From: Clostridia bacterium
GTDB taxonomy: Bacteria > Bacillota > Clostridia > Monoglobales > Firm-18
DNA length: 39,849 bases
Assembly (NCBI GenBank): GCA_017646825.1
Contig: JAGCLT010000083.1
Span: 1-39,849 of the forward strand
Direction: 5' to 3'
A program made the translations under genes and the position numbers. Within the stretch, counting starts at the first letter, position 1. Each line of letters opens with the position of its first letter. Below the pieces are notes generated by a model. The model saw only the letters and a list, made by a program, of their open reading frames with translations, searched no databases and was not told the origin of the DNA. Positions 25,841-33,271 of this stretch are shown in pieces.

Positions 25841-27079
25841 TTAGAAGTTTTCCAGCAAATATTTTTCTGCTTTTGTATTCCACAGTCCGTTGTTTTCTTT
25901 AACAAGAGTGTCAAGAACTTTAAATCTCTCATCTGTTTCCCCTAATTTTTCAAAATCAGTAAGGGCAGTAAGAGGAAGATTAATGTGAGTGTAAATAAGT
26001 TTCTTTCCGCCTGGAATGTTGGGCAGATTTACTGTTGTGTCAATAGCCGCATCAATACCGCCTATATGAGTTATCATAACTGACGGGTCAAGGCGGTTTT
26101 CGCCGATTAAGTCAACAATGTCTCTCATATCTTCAGGTGTACTTCCGCTTGTACCTGTTACGTGGTGTTGTGCATAATGGACATTATAGAAATTAAAGTT
26201 TGCACTGAATTTTTTGTCAAGGGGACCTGCAAAGAAGTTAAGACAACCGTCAAAGCCAAGTATTGCATCACCCAGTTCCACTACTGCGGGAACAGGAGCG
26301 TAAACAAACACATCGTCAAAACCTGTGCCGCCTGAAATTTCCATAAGTTGGTCTTTGTCAGAGGTTTGTACAAATACAAGTTCTATGCCGTCCTCTTTTG
26401 CTTTCTCTTTTGAAAAGATAGATGCTGCACGGTCAAGTCTTGCTTTGTCAAGGTCTGTTACAACTACCATAGAGGGCTTGACAGGACCGTGAAGTGCAAT
26501 GTCAATGGCTACTAGTCCCATAGGTCCGCAACCTGCTAAAATTGCCACTTTTCCGCCTTTTTTAATTCCCATTACATGATTGTAGTTTTCGTCAAGGTGG
26601 AAACTTGCTTTGTAGCCTCTTATAACGCAGGAGGCAGGTTCGATAAGGGAACCGTTAAAGTAGGAATCGCTGTTTAGTTTAATAAGAAAGTCGTTGTCAA
26701 GGATATGCTCATAAACTATAGAATATGTAGAAACTCCGCCGATGTGCTCGAAAGTATATCCAACTGTTTCTGCACCGCCCAAATATGCAAGAACGGGTGG
26801 CATTACCACTTTGTCACCTACCTCGAATTTGTCTTTCCACTTGTCGCCTACTTCTACAACTTCTGCGCAGAATTCGTGACCAAGAATAATGGGGTTTTGG
26901 GCAATACCCTCAGGAACTCTGAGGTGTTTTTCACCCTGAAGAATGGTTTTATGTGTTGACATACACACGCTGTCAGAAATAATTTTTATAAGAAGTTCGC
27001 CTGAAGTTATGGGGCGAAGTTCAAACTCTTCAAGTCTTGCATCATTTGCACCGTAAAGACGTGCTGCTTTTGTTCTCAT
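25841..27079 (-). CDS. zinc-dependent medium-chain dehydrogenase, L-sorbose-1-phosphate reductase (SorE)-like
   Basis: 412 aa. The N-terminus (MRTKAARLYGANDARLEEFELRPI...SDSVCMSTHK...GHEFCAEVVEVG) resembles SorE-type enzymes, from memory. GCGPMG dinucleotide fold. Confidence 0.7.
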   Translation of the reverse strand: MRTKAARLYGANDARLEEFELRPITSGELLIKIISDSVCMSTHKTILQGEKHLRVPEGIAQNPIILGHEFCAEVVEVGDKWKDKFEVGDKVVMPPVLAYLGGAETVGYTFEHIGGVSTYSIVYEHILDNDFLIKLNSDSYFNGSLIEPASCVIRGYKASFHLDENYNHVMGIKKGGKVAILAGCGPMGLVAIDIALHGPVKPSMVVVTDLDKARLDRAASIFSKEKAKEDGIELVFVQTSDKDQLMEISGGTGFDDVFVYAPVPAVVELGDAILGFDGCLNFFAGPLDKKFSANFNFYNVHYAQHHVTGTSGSTPEDMRDIVDLIGENRLDPSVMITHIGGIDAAIDTTVNLPNIPGGKKLIYTHINLPLTALTDFEKLGETDERFKVLDTLVKENNGLWNTKAEKYLLENF

Positions 27080-27081
27080 GC

Positions 27082-27951
27082 TTATATCCTCCCTGCACTG
27101 CCAAATGTGTGTAATTTTTCTCGTACTACTTCTTTCATCATTTTCATTGCGTCTTCATACACTAAAAACGGCCATGTTGACGGGTTTGTAATAGTATTAA
27201 GAGTGTTTTTAAGTCCCTGATTTAAAGCGTAAAGCACATCAGAGTAAATGTTTATTTTGGTAATACCGTGACGGATGGCATTTTGCATCTGGTCATTGGG
27301 AGTACCGCTTCCGCCGTGAAGAACAAGAGGTCTGTCACACATAGCGGTAATTTCATCCAGTCTGTCTATTCGAAGTTCAGGGGTTTTCTGATATACTCCG
27401 TGTGATGTGCCGATTGCTACTGCAAGGGCATCAACATCTGTAATTTCAACGAATTTTTTAACTTCTTCGGGTACCGTAAGACTTTCGCCCGGGTCGGTGT
27501 CTGTACCTGTTTCGCTGATGCTACCAACACTTGCATTACCAACGTGTCCCAACTCAGCTTCAACTGTAATGCCTTTTTTGTGGGCATATTCTGTAACTAT
27601 TGCGGTGTTTTTAGCGTTTTCTTCAAATGGAAGTACCGAGCCGTCATACATAACTGAACTGTAACCGTTGTCGCAACCGTATTTTATAAAGTCAATGTCG
27701 GTGGCGTGGTCCATGTGAAGACAAACAGGAACTTTAAAGTAATTTGAAGCACCGTTAATCATAGAGGACAAAAGTTGCAGATTTCTTCCTTCGGTATCTA
27801 CACCAAGTGTCATAAGAAGAGCGGGTGATTTTTCTTCTTCACAGGTTTCTAAGATTGCTTTCATCATTTCATAATTACTTACGTCGAATGCAGGAATGGC
27901 GTAATGATTTTTCCTTGCATCTTCAAGTATTTCTTTCATAGTAACTAACAT
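27082..27951 (-). CDS. class II ketose-bisphosphate aldolase (FbaA/GatY/KbaY family)
   Basis: The start is reassigned to ATG 27951 (MLVTMKEILEDARKNHYAIPAFDV). Motifs HMDH and LVLHGGSG. Confidence 0.85.
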   Translation of the reverse strand: MLVTMKEILEDARKNHYAIPAFDVSNYEMMKAILETCEEEKSPALLMTLGVDTEGRNLQLLSSMINGASNYFKVPVCLHMDHATDIDFIKYGCDNGYSSVMYDGSVLPFEENAKNTAIVTEYAHKKGITVEAELGHVGNASVGSISETGTDTDPGESLTVPEEVKKFVEITDVDALAVAIGTSHGVYQKTPELRIDRLDEITAMCDRPLVLHGGSGTPNDQMQNAIRHGITKINIYSDVLYALNQGLKNTLNTITNPSTWPFLVYEDAMKMMKEVVREKLHTFGSAGRI

Positions 27952-28106
27952 AAAATTTCCATAGCCTTTCTGCCCACAAATAGTAATTTTGAAAATGTAT
28001 ACACCTTTTCGTGGGCAGATAAGGCGTATAATGGAAATTATGCACATCGCCGTTTCGTGCCGTCAAGGCGCGAATGTTCGGCGGTGCAATAAATTCCGCC
28101 GGAGGC

Positions 28107-28128
28107 ATAATGTGATTTATCACATTAT
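28107..28128. promoter_or_regulatory. perfect 22-bp palindrome, candidate operator in the divergent aldolase/sorC control region
   Basis: ATAATGTGAT-TT-ATCACATTAT (10-bp arms). Confidence 0.5.
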
Positions 28129-28187
28129 CACTCCTTGTCTTTATTCTATTTGCCAGGTTAACAAATGTCAAATACAAATGTTAATCG

Positions 28188-28216
28188 TTGACACAATTTA
28201 TGGAAAATGTTATAAT
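28188..28216 (+). promoter_or_regulatory. promoter for the SorC-family regulator
   Basis: TTGACA (28188-28193), 17-nt spacer, TGtTATAAT (28208-28216). Confidence 0.6.
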
Positions 28217-28251
28217 TTAAAATATACAAAAGTTAAAAGGATGTTAAATAT

Positions 28252-29169
28252 ATGGAGTTTCACAAAAAACAAATGGAAGAAGCGGCGATTTTATACTATG
28301 AGAAAAAATACACTCAAAGCCAAATTTCCCAGATTATGAAACTGTCACGGCAGACAGTGTCCAAATTATTAAACGACGCTCTTAATGAAAACATGGTTGA
28401 GATTATAATACACAATCCTGAAACTGTTTTAAAAGAACTGGAGCAGGGAATTTGCAATAAATTTAATATTAAAAATGCAGTTGTGTGCGGAGTAAGTACA
28501 GCAGAAGAAAAGCTCTGCCTTTACATAACCGTAAAGAAAGCCGCCGACTACATTGTTTCCCTTATAGAAAAAGGAAACAAAAAAGTCGGTATTTCCTGGG
28601 GTAACACAGTAAGTATGATAATTTCGGAATTCAAAATAATTAATGTCACTGACAATATTGTATTTCCGCTTTTTGGTGCAACAGATATGGAACAAGCATG
28701 TTACTTGTCAAACGAACTTACGAGAAGTTTTGCTGATAAAACAGGTGCAAAGGTGAAATATGCCTGGTTTCCATATCGCCCAGACAATACATTTGACTGC
28801 GACCTTTTTAAAAATACTTCATATTATAAAAACCTTAATGCTTTGTGGGAAGACATAGACATTGCTATAGTAGGAATAGGAAACAACGAAATTATTCAGA
28901 ACTTTGGCAAAATATTCGGGTACAATGAAAAACACCTATCGGCAGTGGGCGACATTGCCACTCATTTTTTCAATCAGGACGGAAGTTTTGTTGATTTGTA
29001 CGAAAACACTTTAAGTGCGTCAAAAGACAACCTTAAAAATGCTAAAGCTACAATTGCCGTTGCTTGCGGTCAAAACAAAACGGCGGCAATAGCAGGGGCA
29101 CTGCGAACAGGTCTTGTAGACACTCTTATTACTGATGAATATACTGCCCGAAGAATATTAACTTATTAA
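28252..29169 (+). CDS. SorC/DeoR-type sugar-binding transcriptional regulator
   Basis: 305 aa. N-terminal HTH (YTQSQISQIMKLSRQTVSKLL). C-terminal sugar-phosphate-binding fold (GISWGNTV, VGIGN). Confidence 0.85.
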   Translation: MEFHKKQMEEAAILYYEKKYTQSQISQIMKLSRQTVSKLLNDALNENMVEIIIHNPETVLKELEQGICNKFNIKNAVVCGVSTAEEKLCLYITVKKAADYIVSLIEKGNKKVGISWGNTVSMIISEFKIINVTDNIVFPLFGATDMEQACYLSNELTRSFADKTGAKVKYAWFPYRPDNTFDCDLFKNTSYYKNLNALWEDIDIAIVGIGNNEIIQNFGKIFGYNEKHLSAVGDIATHFFNQDGSFVDLYENTLSASKDNLKNAKATIAVACGQNKTAAIAGALRTGLVDTLITDEYTARRILTY

Positions 29170-29183
29170 ATTTAAAGTTTTTA

Positions 29184-29212
29184 TTGACAAGTAATTTTTG
29201 TGGTGGTATAAT
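29184..29212 (+). promoter_or_regulatory. promoter for the pheA leader
   Basis: TTGACA (29184-29189), 17-nt spacer, TATAAT (29207-29212). Confidence 0.65.
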
Positions 29213-29241
29213 GATAGAAATAATTTTTGAGGATAATTGAT

Positions 29242-29349
29242 ATGAACTTAGCACTTTTAAATGCAAGTAAATATTTCTTTAGCTTTAGCGTAGCCTTTTA
29301 TTTTGGTTATGCTTATTTTGCTATGAAAAAGTTACTTGTGAGAGTGTAA
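29242..29349 (+). CDS. Phe/Tyr-rich leader peptide (35 aa), candidate attenuation leader
   Basis: MNLALLNASKYFFSFSVAFYFGYAYFAMKKLLVRV. Residues 11-26 hold 6 Phe and 4 Tyr. SD GAGGA lies 8 nt upstream. Too short for the ORF track. Confidence 0.6.
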   Translation: MNLALLNASKYFFSFSVAFYFGYAYFAMKKLLVRV

Positions 29350-29382
29350 TTTGGTTTACAAAAATTATTAATTAATGTTTCT

Positions 29383-29416
29383 AACCTCGCTTGTAACTAT
29401 GCAAGTGAGGTTTTTT
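29383..29416 (+). terminator. attenuator (intrinsic terminator) between the leader peptide and pheA
   Basis: AACCTCGCTTG (29383-29393) pairs with CAAGTGAGGTT (29402-29412), with one G-U. The stem runs straight into a T-run (29411-29416, TTTTTT), 21 nt before the pheA ATG. Confidence 0.7.
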
Positions 29417-29437
29417 AATTTGAAAGGGATGTAAAAA

Positions 29438-30526
29438 ATGTCAGACCAGTTAAAAGAGGCAAGAGAAATTATAAACAATTGTGACCGCGAGATGGCACAG
29501 TTGTTTGAAAAAAGAATGAAAGCGGTTGAATCTGTCTTCTTGTATAAGCAAAAATTTGGTTTGCCTATTCTAGATAGCAAAAGAGAAGACGAAGTGGTCT
29601 TAAACAATTCCGCACTTGTTGAGGAAGGTATTATAAAGGAATATTATACAGACTATATTAAAAATGTAATGTTGTTGTCAAGAGCGTATCAGAACCGTAT
29701 GCAAAAGGGGATAAATGTTGCATACAGCGGAGTTGAGGGTGCATTTGCTCATATCGCAACCTCGAGAATTTTCCCAAACAGCAACAAGGTATCCTGCACA
29801 GATTTTAAATCCGCATATAATGCGGTTGTTTCGGGTGAATGCGACATGGCGGTACTTCCCATAGAAAACAGTTACGCAGGGGAAGTAGGGCAGACTATTG
29901 ACCTGATTTTTTCAGGAGGTCTTTATATAAACGGCATTTACGAACTTGAAATACGTCAGAATTTACTTGGTATTCCGGGAGCTACAACAGAAGATATAAA
30001 AAAAGTAACAAGCCATCCTCAGGCTTTAAGTCAGTGTCACGATTACATAAAACTTAAAGGTTTTGAGACGGAAGAAGCTACGAACACGGCGTATGCGGCA
30101 CAAATTGTTGCACAGAAAAACGACGTATCCCTTGGTGCTATTGCAAGTTACGAAACGGCACAGATTTACGGACTTAAAGTTTTGGAAGCAAATATAAACA
30201 AAAGCGGAGAAAACACAACTCGTTTTGCGGTTCTTTCAAAGGCAAGGGCAAATTCTCCTGCACTTACCAACTCGGTTTTGATGTTTACCGTTAAGAATGA
30301 AGCTGGTTCTCTGGCCAACGCCATAAGTATAATAGGAAAGTACGGGTACAATATGACGGCTTTAAGAAGCAGGCCGCTTAAAAAACATTCGTGGCAGTAT
30401 TATTTTTATATAGAAATTGACGGAACAACAGATGGTAAAACAGGCAAAAAAATGATGGAAGAATTAAAGAGCGTTTGTGACCAGCTTAAAATTGCAGGAA
30501 CTTTTGCTCCTCATTGCGAAATCTAA
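29438..30526 (+). CDS. pheA: bifunctional chorismate mutase / prephenate dehydratase
   Basis: 362 aa. AroQ-type CM N-terminus (REIINNCDREMAQLFEKRMK...PILDSKRE). PDT core (VAYSGVEGAFAH, TRF) and a C-terminal ACT domain. Confidence 0.9.
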   Translation: MSDQLKEAREIINNCDREMAQLFEKRMKAVESVFLYKQKFGLPILDSKREDEVVLNNSALVEEGIIKEYYTDYIKNVMLLSRAYQNRMQKGINVAYSGVEGAFAHIATSRIFPNSNKVSCTDFKSAYNAVVSGECDMAVLPIENSYAGEVGQTIDLIFSGGLYINGIYELEIRQNLLGIPGATTEDIKKVTSHPQALSQCHDYIKLKGFETEEATNTAYAAQIVAQKNDVSLGAIASYETAQIYGLKVLEANINKSGENTTRFAVLSKARANSPALTNSVLMFTVKNEAGSLANAISIIGKYGYNMTALRSRPLKKHSWQYYFYIEIDGTTDGKTGKKMMEELKSVCDQLKIAGTFAPHCEI

Positions 30527-30593
30527 AAGAGGGTTTTATTGACGAGGGTTCAATTAATCTTGACAAAAAATAATTATATTGGAGGAAATTAAA

Positions 30594-31628
30594 ATGAATA
30601 TGGAGTTCAAACGTAAATTACCAATACCTATGGATATAAAGGCACAGTATCCTGTTACACCTGAACTTGAAAAAATCAAGGCACAGCGAGACGAAGAAAT
30701 TAAAGCAATTTTTGAGGGAAAAGATAAGAGGTTTGTTCTTATTATAGGGCCCTGTTCAGCTGACAAAGATGACAGTGTAATCGATTACATTTCACGCTTA
30801 AGAACGGTGCAGGAGGAGGTTGCAGACAAAATTCTTATAATACCAAGAATTTACACAAACAAACCACGTACAACAGGCGACGGCTACAAAGGGATGCTGC
30901 ACCAGCCTGACCCTAACAAGGAATCAGATATGCTAAAAGGTGTTGTAGCAATAAGAAATCTGCACATAAGAGCAATCAAGGAAACGGGCTTTACCTGTGC
31001 AGACGAGATGCTTTATCCTGAAAATTACAGATACCTTTCCGATATACTGTCTTATGTAGCAATTGGTGCAAGGTCTGTGGAAAATCAGAAGCACCGCTTA
31101 ACCGCAAGCGGTCTTGATATTCCTGTGGGCATGAAAAATCCTACTGCAGGGGATATTTCCGTTATGATGAATTCTATTACTGCTGCTCAACATTCTCATA
31201 CCTTTATATACAGAGGATGGGAAGTAGAAAGTCACGGCAATCCGTTGGCACATGCAATTTTACGAGGATATGTTAACAAACACGGTCAGTCAATGCCAAA
31301 CTATCATTACGAAGACCTTATACATCTTGCGGAAATATACGAAAAATCAGGTCTTGCAAACCCTGCTGTTATAGTTGATACAAACCATGCAAACTCTGGA
31401 AAACAATGGATGGAACAGCCGAGAATTGCAAAAGAAGTTCTTCACAGTTGCCGTCATTCCGATGATGTTAAAAAGATTGTAAAAGGCTTGATGATAGAGA
31501 GTTATATTGAAGACGGAGCACAAAAACAAGAGGATGGCATTTACGGAAAATCTATTACAGACCCGTGCCTTGGCTGGGAAAAAACCAGAAAACTTATATA
31601 TGATCTGGCGGACAGTTTAACACTATAA
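30594..31628 (+). CDS. 3-deoxy-7-phosphoheptulonate (DAHP) synthase, class I
   Basis: The start is reassigned to ATG 30594 (SD GGAGG 8 nt upstream; the track TTG lies in the SD). Motifs GPCSA, KPRTT and DTNHANS. Confidence 0.9.
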   Translation: MNMEFKRKLPIPMDIKAQYPVTPELEKIKAQRDEEIKAIFEGKDKRFVLIIGPCSADKDDSVIDYISRLRTVQEEVADKILIIPRIYTNKPRTTGDGYKGMLHQPDPNKESDMLKGVVAIRNLHIRAIKETGFTCADEMLYPENYRYLSDILSYVAIGARSVENQKHRLTASGLDIPVGMKNPTAGDISVMMNSITAAQHSHTFIYRGWEVESHGNPLAHAILRGYVNKHGQSMPNYHYEDLIHLAEIYEKSGLANPAVIVDTNHANSGKQWMEQPRIAKEVLHSCRHSDDVKKIVKGLMIESYIEDGAQKQEDGIYGKSITDPCLGWEKTRKLIYDLADSLTL

Positions 31629-31673
31629 AAATTGTTAAGATTAAAAAAATATTGTAGTTTGAAAAAATAAAAC

Positions 31674-31702
31674 TTGACAAAATAAAAAAACTGTGCTATA
31701 AT
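31674..31702 (+). promoter_or_regulatory. promoter for the G5/3D wall-protein gene
   Basis: TTGACA (31674-31679), 17-nt spacer, TGcTATAAT (31694-31702). This implies a 5' UTR of about 175 nt. Confidence 0.65.
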
Positions 31703-31883
31703 CCCAATCGATAATTATCACCTTGCGTTGGAATGCCTTATTTTGACGGATTTTGTGGTAATTAATCGAAGAAAAGTTGCATTAAAAGTATTCTATTTTC
31801 TGTCAGAATAGAGTATAATGCAATATGAAAAAAGGGGCATTAATCAGAGGTTTTGGTTGTGCTTCGAATAATTGGAGGTTAAA

Positions 31884-32966
31884 ATGCGACTGATAGACAA
31901 AGTCGTAAACAAATACTCCAAATGGCGTATTGCAATAACCTTGGTTGTTGTAATGGTTGTTATGGCACAGTTTGTGTCAGGAGTAGTTTACGCAATGTCA
32001 AAACAGGTTAGCATCGTTGACAGTCTTGGAAGTAAAAGAATAATTAAGACTTATCTTAACAACGCGGCCGACGTTTTGGAACAGCAGGGAATTTGCCTGA
32101 ACGAAGGAGACGAGGTTTCACCGTCACAGAATGAACTTTTGGTTGACGGCGATGTAATCACTATCTCCCGTGCCAAAAAAATCACGCTTGTAGATGGCAT
32201 TAATTCCTTTGAAAAACTAACCGGTAAGAAAACTGTTGGAGAAGTATTTGCACAGTTCGCCGGGGACACAAAAAAAGGCACGGTATTAAATCACGAAATG
32301 GACGATGAAGTATATGAAGGTATGGTTATTGAAATAGCATACCTTGAAGAAGAAATCGTGTCCGTTGAAACAGAAGTTGCTTTTGCAACAGAGAAAAAGG
32401 CAACATCTGCAATTCCTGCAGGAACAACTGCTGTTAAGCAGGAAGGTAAAAACGGTCTTACAAATGACCGTTACAAGGTTTATTATGAAAACGGCAAAGA
32501 GGTTGCACGTGAACTTGTGGAACGTACTGTCGTAAGAGAAGCAGTTAATGAAGTAGTTGAATACGGCGTAAGAACTGCACAGGGGTCACTTGCATATCAC
32601 AAGGGCGGCTCTGTAGTGTCACGTTCAGGCGGTGAATTCAGATATAAAACATACATCGACTGTGTTGCAACTGCTTATGATTTAAGTTATGAGAGTTGCG
32701 GTAAAAATCCCGGTGACAGAGGTTACGGTATTACTGCTTCAGGTATGAAAGCAGGGTACGGTGTTATTGCAGTTGACAGAAACGTAATTCCTCTTGGCAC
32801 TAAACTGTACATTGAGGCAGTTGACGGCTCCTGGGTTTACGGTAATGCAGTAGCAGGAGATACCGGCGGTGCAATTAAGGGTAACAGAATTGACCTGTTC
32901 TTTAATACAAGACAGGAATGTATGAATTTTGGCAGAAGAACTGCAAGGGTGTATATCTTAGAATAG
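31884..32966 (+). CDS. YabE/RpfB-like cell-wall protein (TM anchor, DUF348 repeats, G5 domain, 3D domain)
   Basis: The start is reassigned to ATG 31884. G5 segment (KQEGKNGL...VVEYG). 3D domain (TAYDLSYESCGK...GIAVDRNVIPLGTKLYI...GDTGGAIKGNRIDLFF). Confidence 0.88.
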   Translation: MRLIDKVVNKYSKWRIAITLVVVMVVMAQFVSGVVYAMSKQVSIVDSLGSKRIIKTYLNNAADVLEQQGICLNEGDEVSPSQNELLVDGDVITISRAKKITLVDGINSFEKLTGKKTVGEVFAQFAGDTKKGTVLNHEMDDEVYEGMVIEIAYLEEEIVSVETEVAFATEKKATSAIPAGTTAVKQEGKNGLTNDRYKVYYENGKEVARELVERTVVREAVNEVVEYGVRTAQGSLAYHKGGSVVSRSGGEFRYKTYIDCVATAYDLSYESCGKNPGDRGYGITASGMKAGYGVIAVDRNVIPLGTKLYIEAVDGSWVYGNAVAGDTGGAIKGNRIDLFFNTRQECMNFGRRTARVYILE

Positions 32967-33068
32967 TAAGGGGCGTAAAAAAAGCCCAGACCGCAAAAAG
33001 GCAGGGATAAAAATAACCCCTGTAAGATAACGGTAATAACTTTATAATTTGTTATTGTATATGTTGAA

Positions 33069-33097
33069 AAAGGTCTTTCCATAGACCTTTTTCTTTT
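33069..33097 (+). terminator. Rho-independent terminator
   Basis: AAAGGTCT-TTCCAT-AGACCTTT followed by TTCTTTT. Confidence 0.75.
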
Positions 33098-33271
33098 ATT
33101 TGTTGCCTTTTTGCTATAAACAAACCTCGCCACTCGATGTACCTTTGTACACCTTCGGGTATCCCAAATCAAGACAAATGTCTTGATTTGGCTCAGTTTG
33201 TTCATTCTGCGTCTTTTTTATATATTGACTTTTTTATAAATTTATGTCAAACTGTATGTAGGAGTGGTAGT

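Noticed and set aside
29213-29437. A T-box leader upstream of pheA
   Set aside because: The leader is only ~225 nt. It has no AGAGA/GNUGGNA-type stem I features and no T-box 14-mer (AANNNGGGTGGTACCGCG-like). A translated aromatic-rich uORF plus terminator explains it better.
31703-31883. A ydaO-type c-di-AMP riboswitch upstream of the wall-hydrolase gene
   Set aside because: The conserved blocks I remember for that class (GGGGACCCA, GGGGTGAATC, CCGAATCC, AGCTAACC) are absent.
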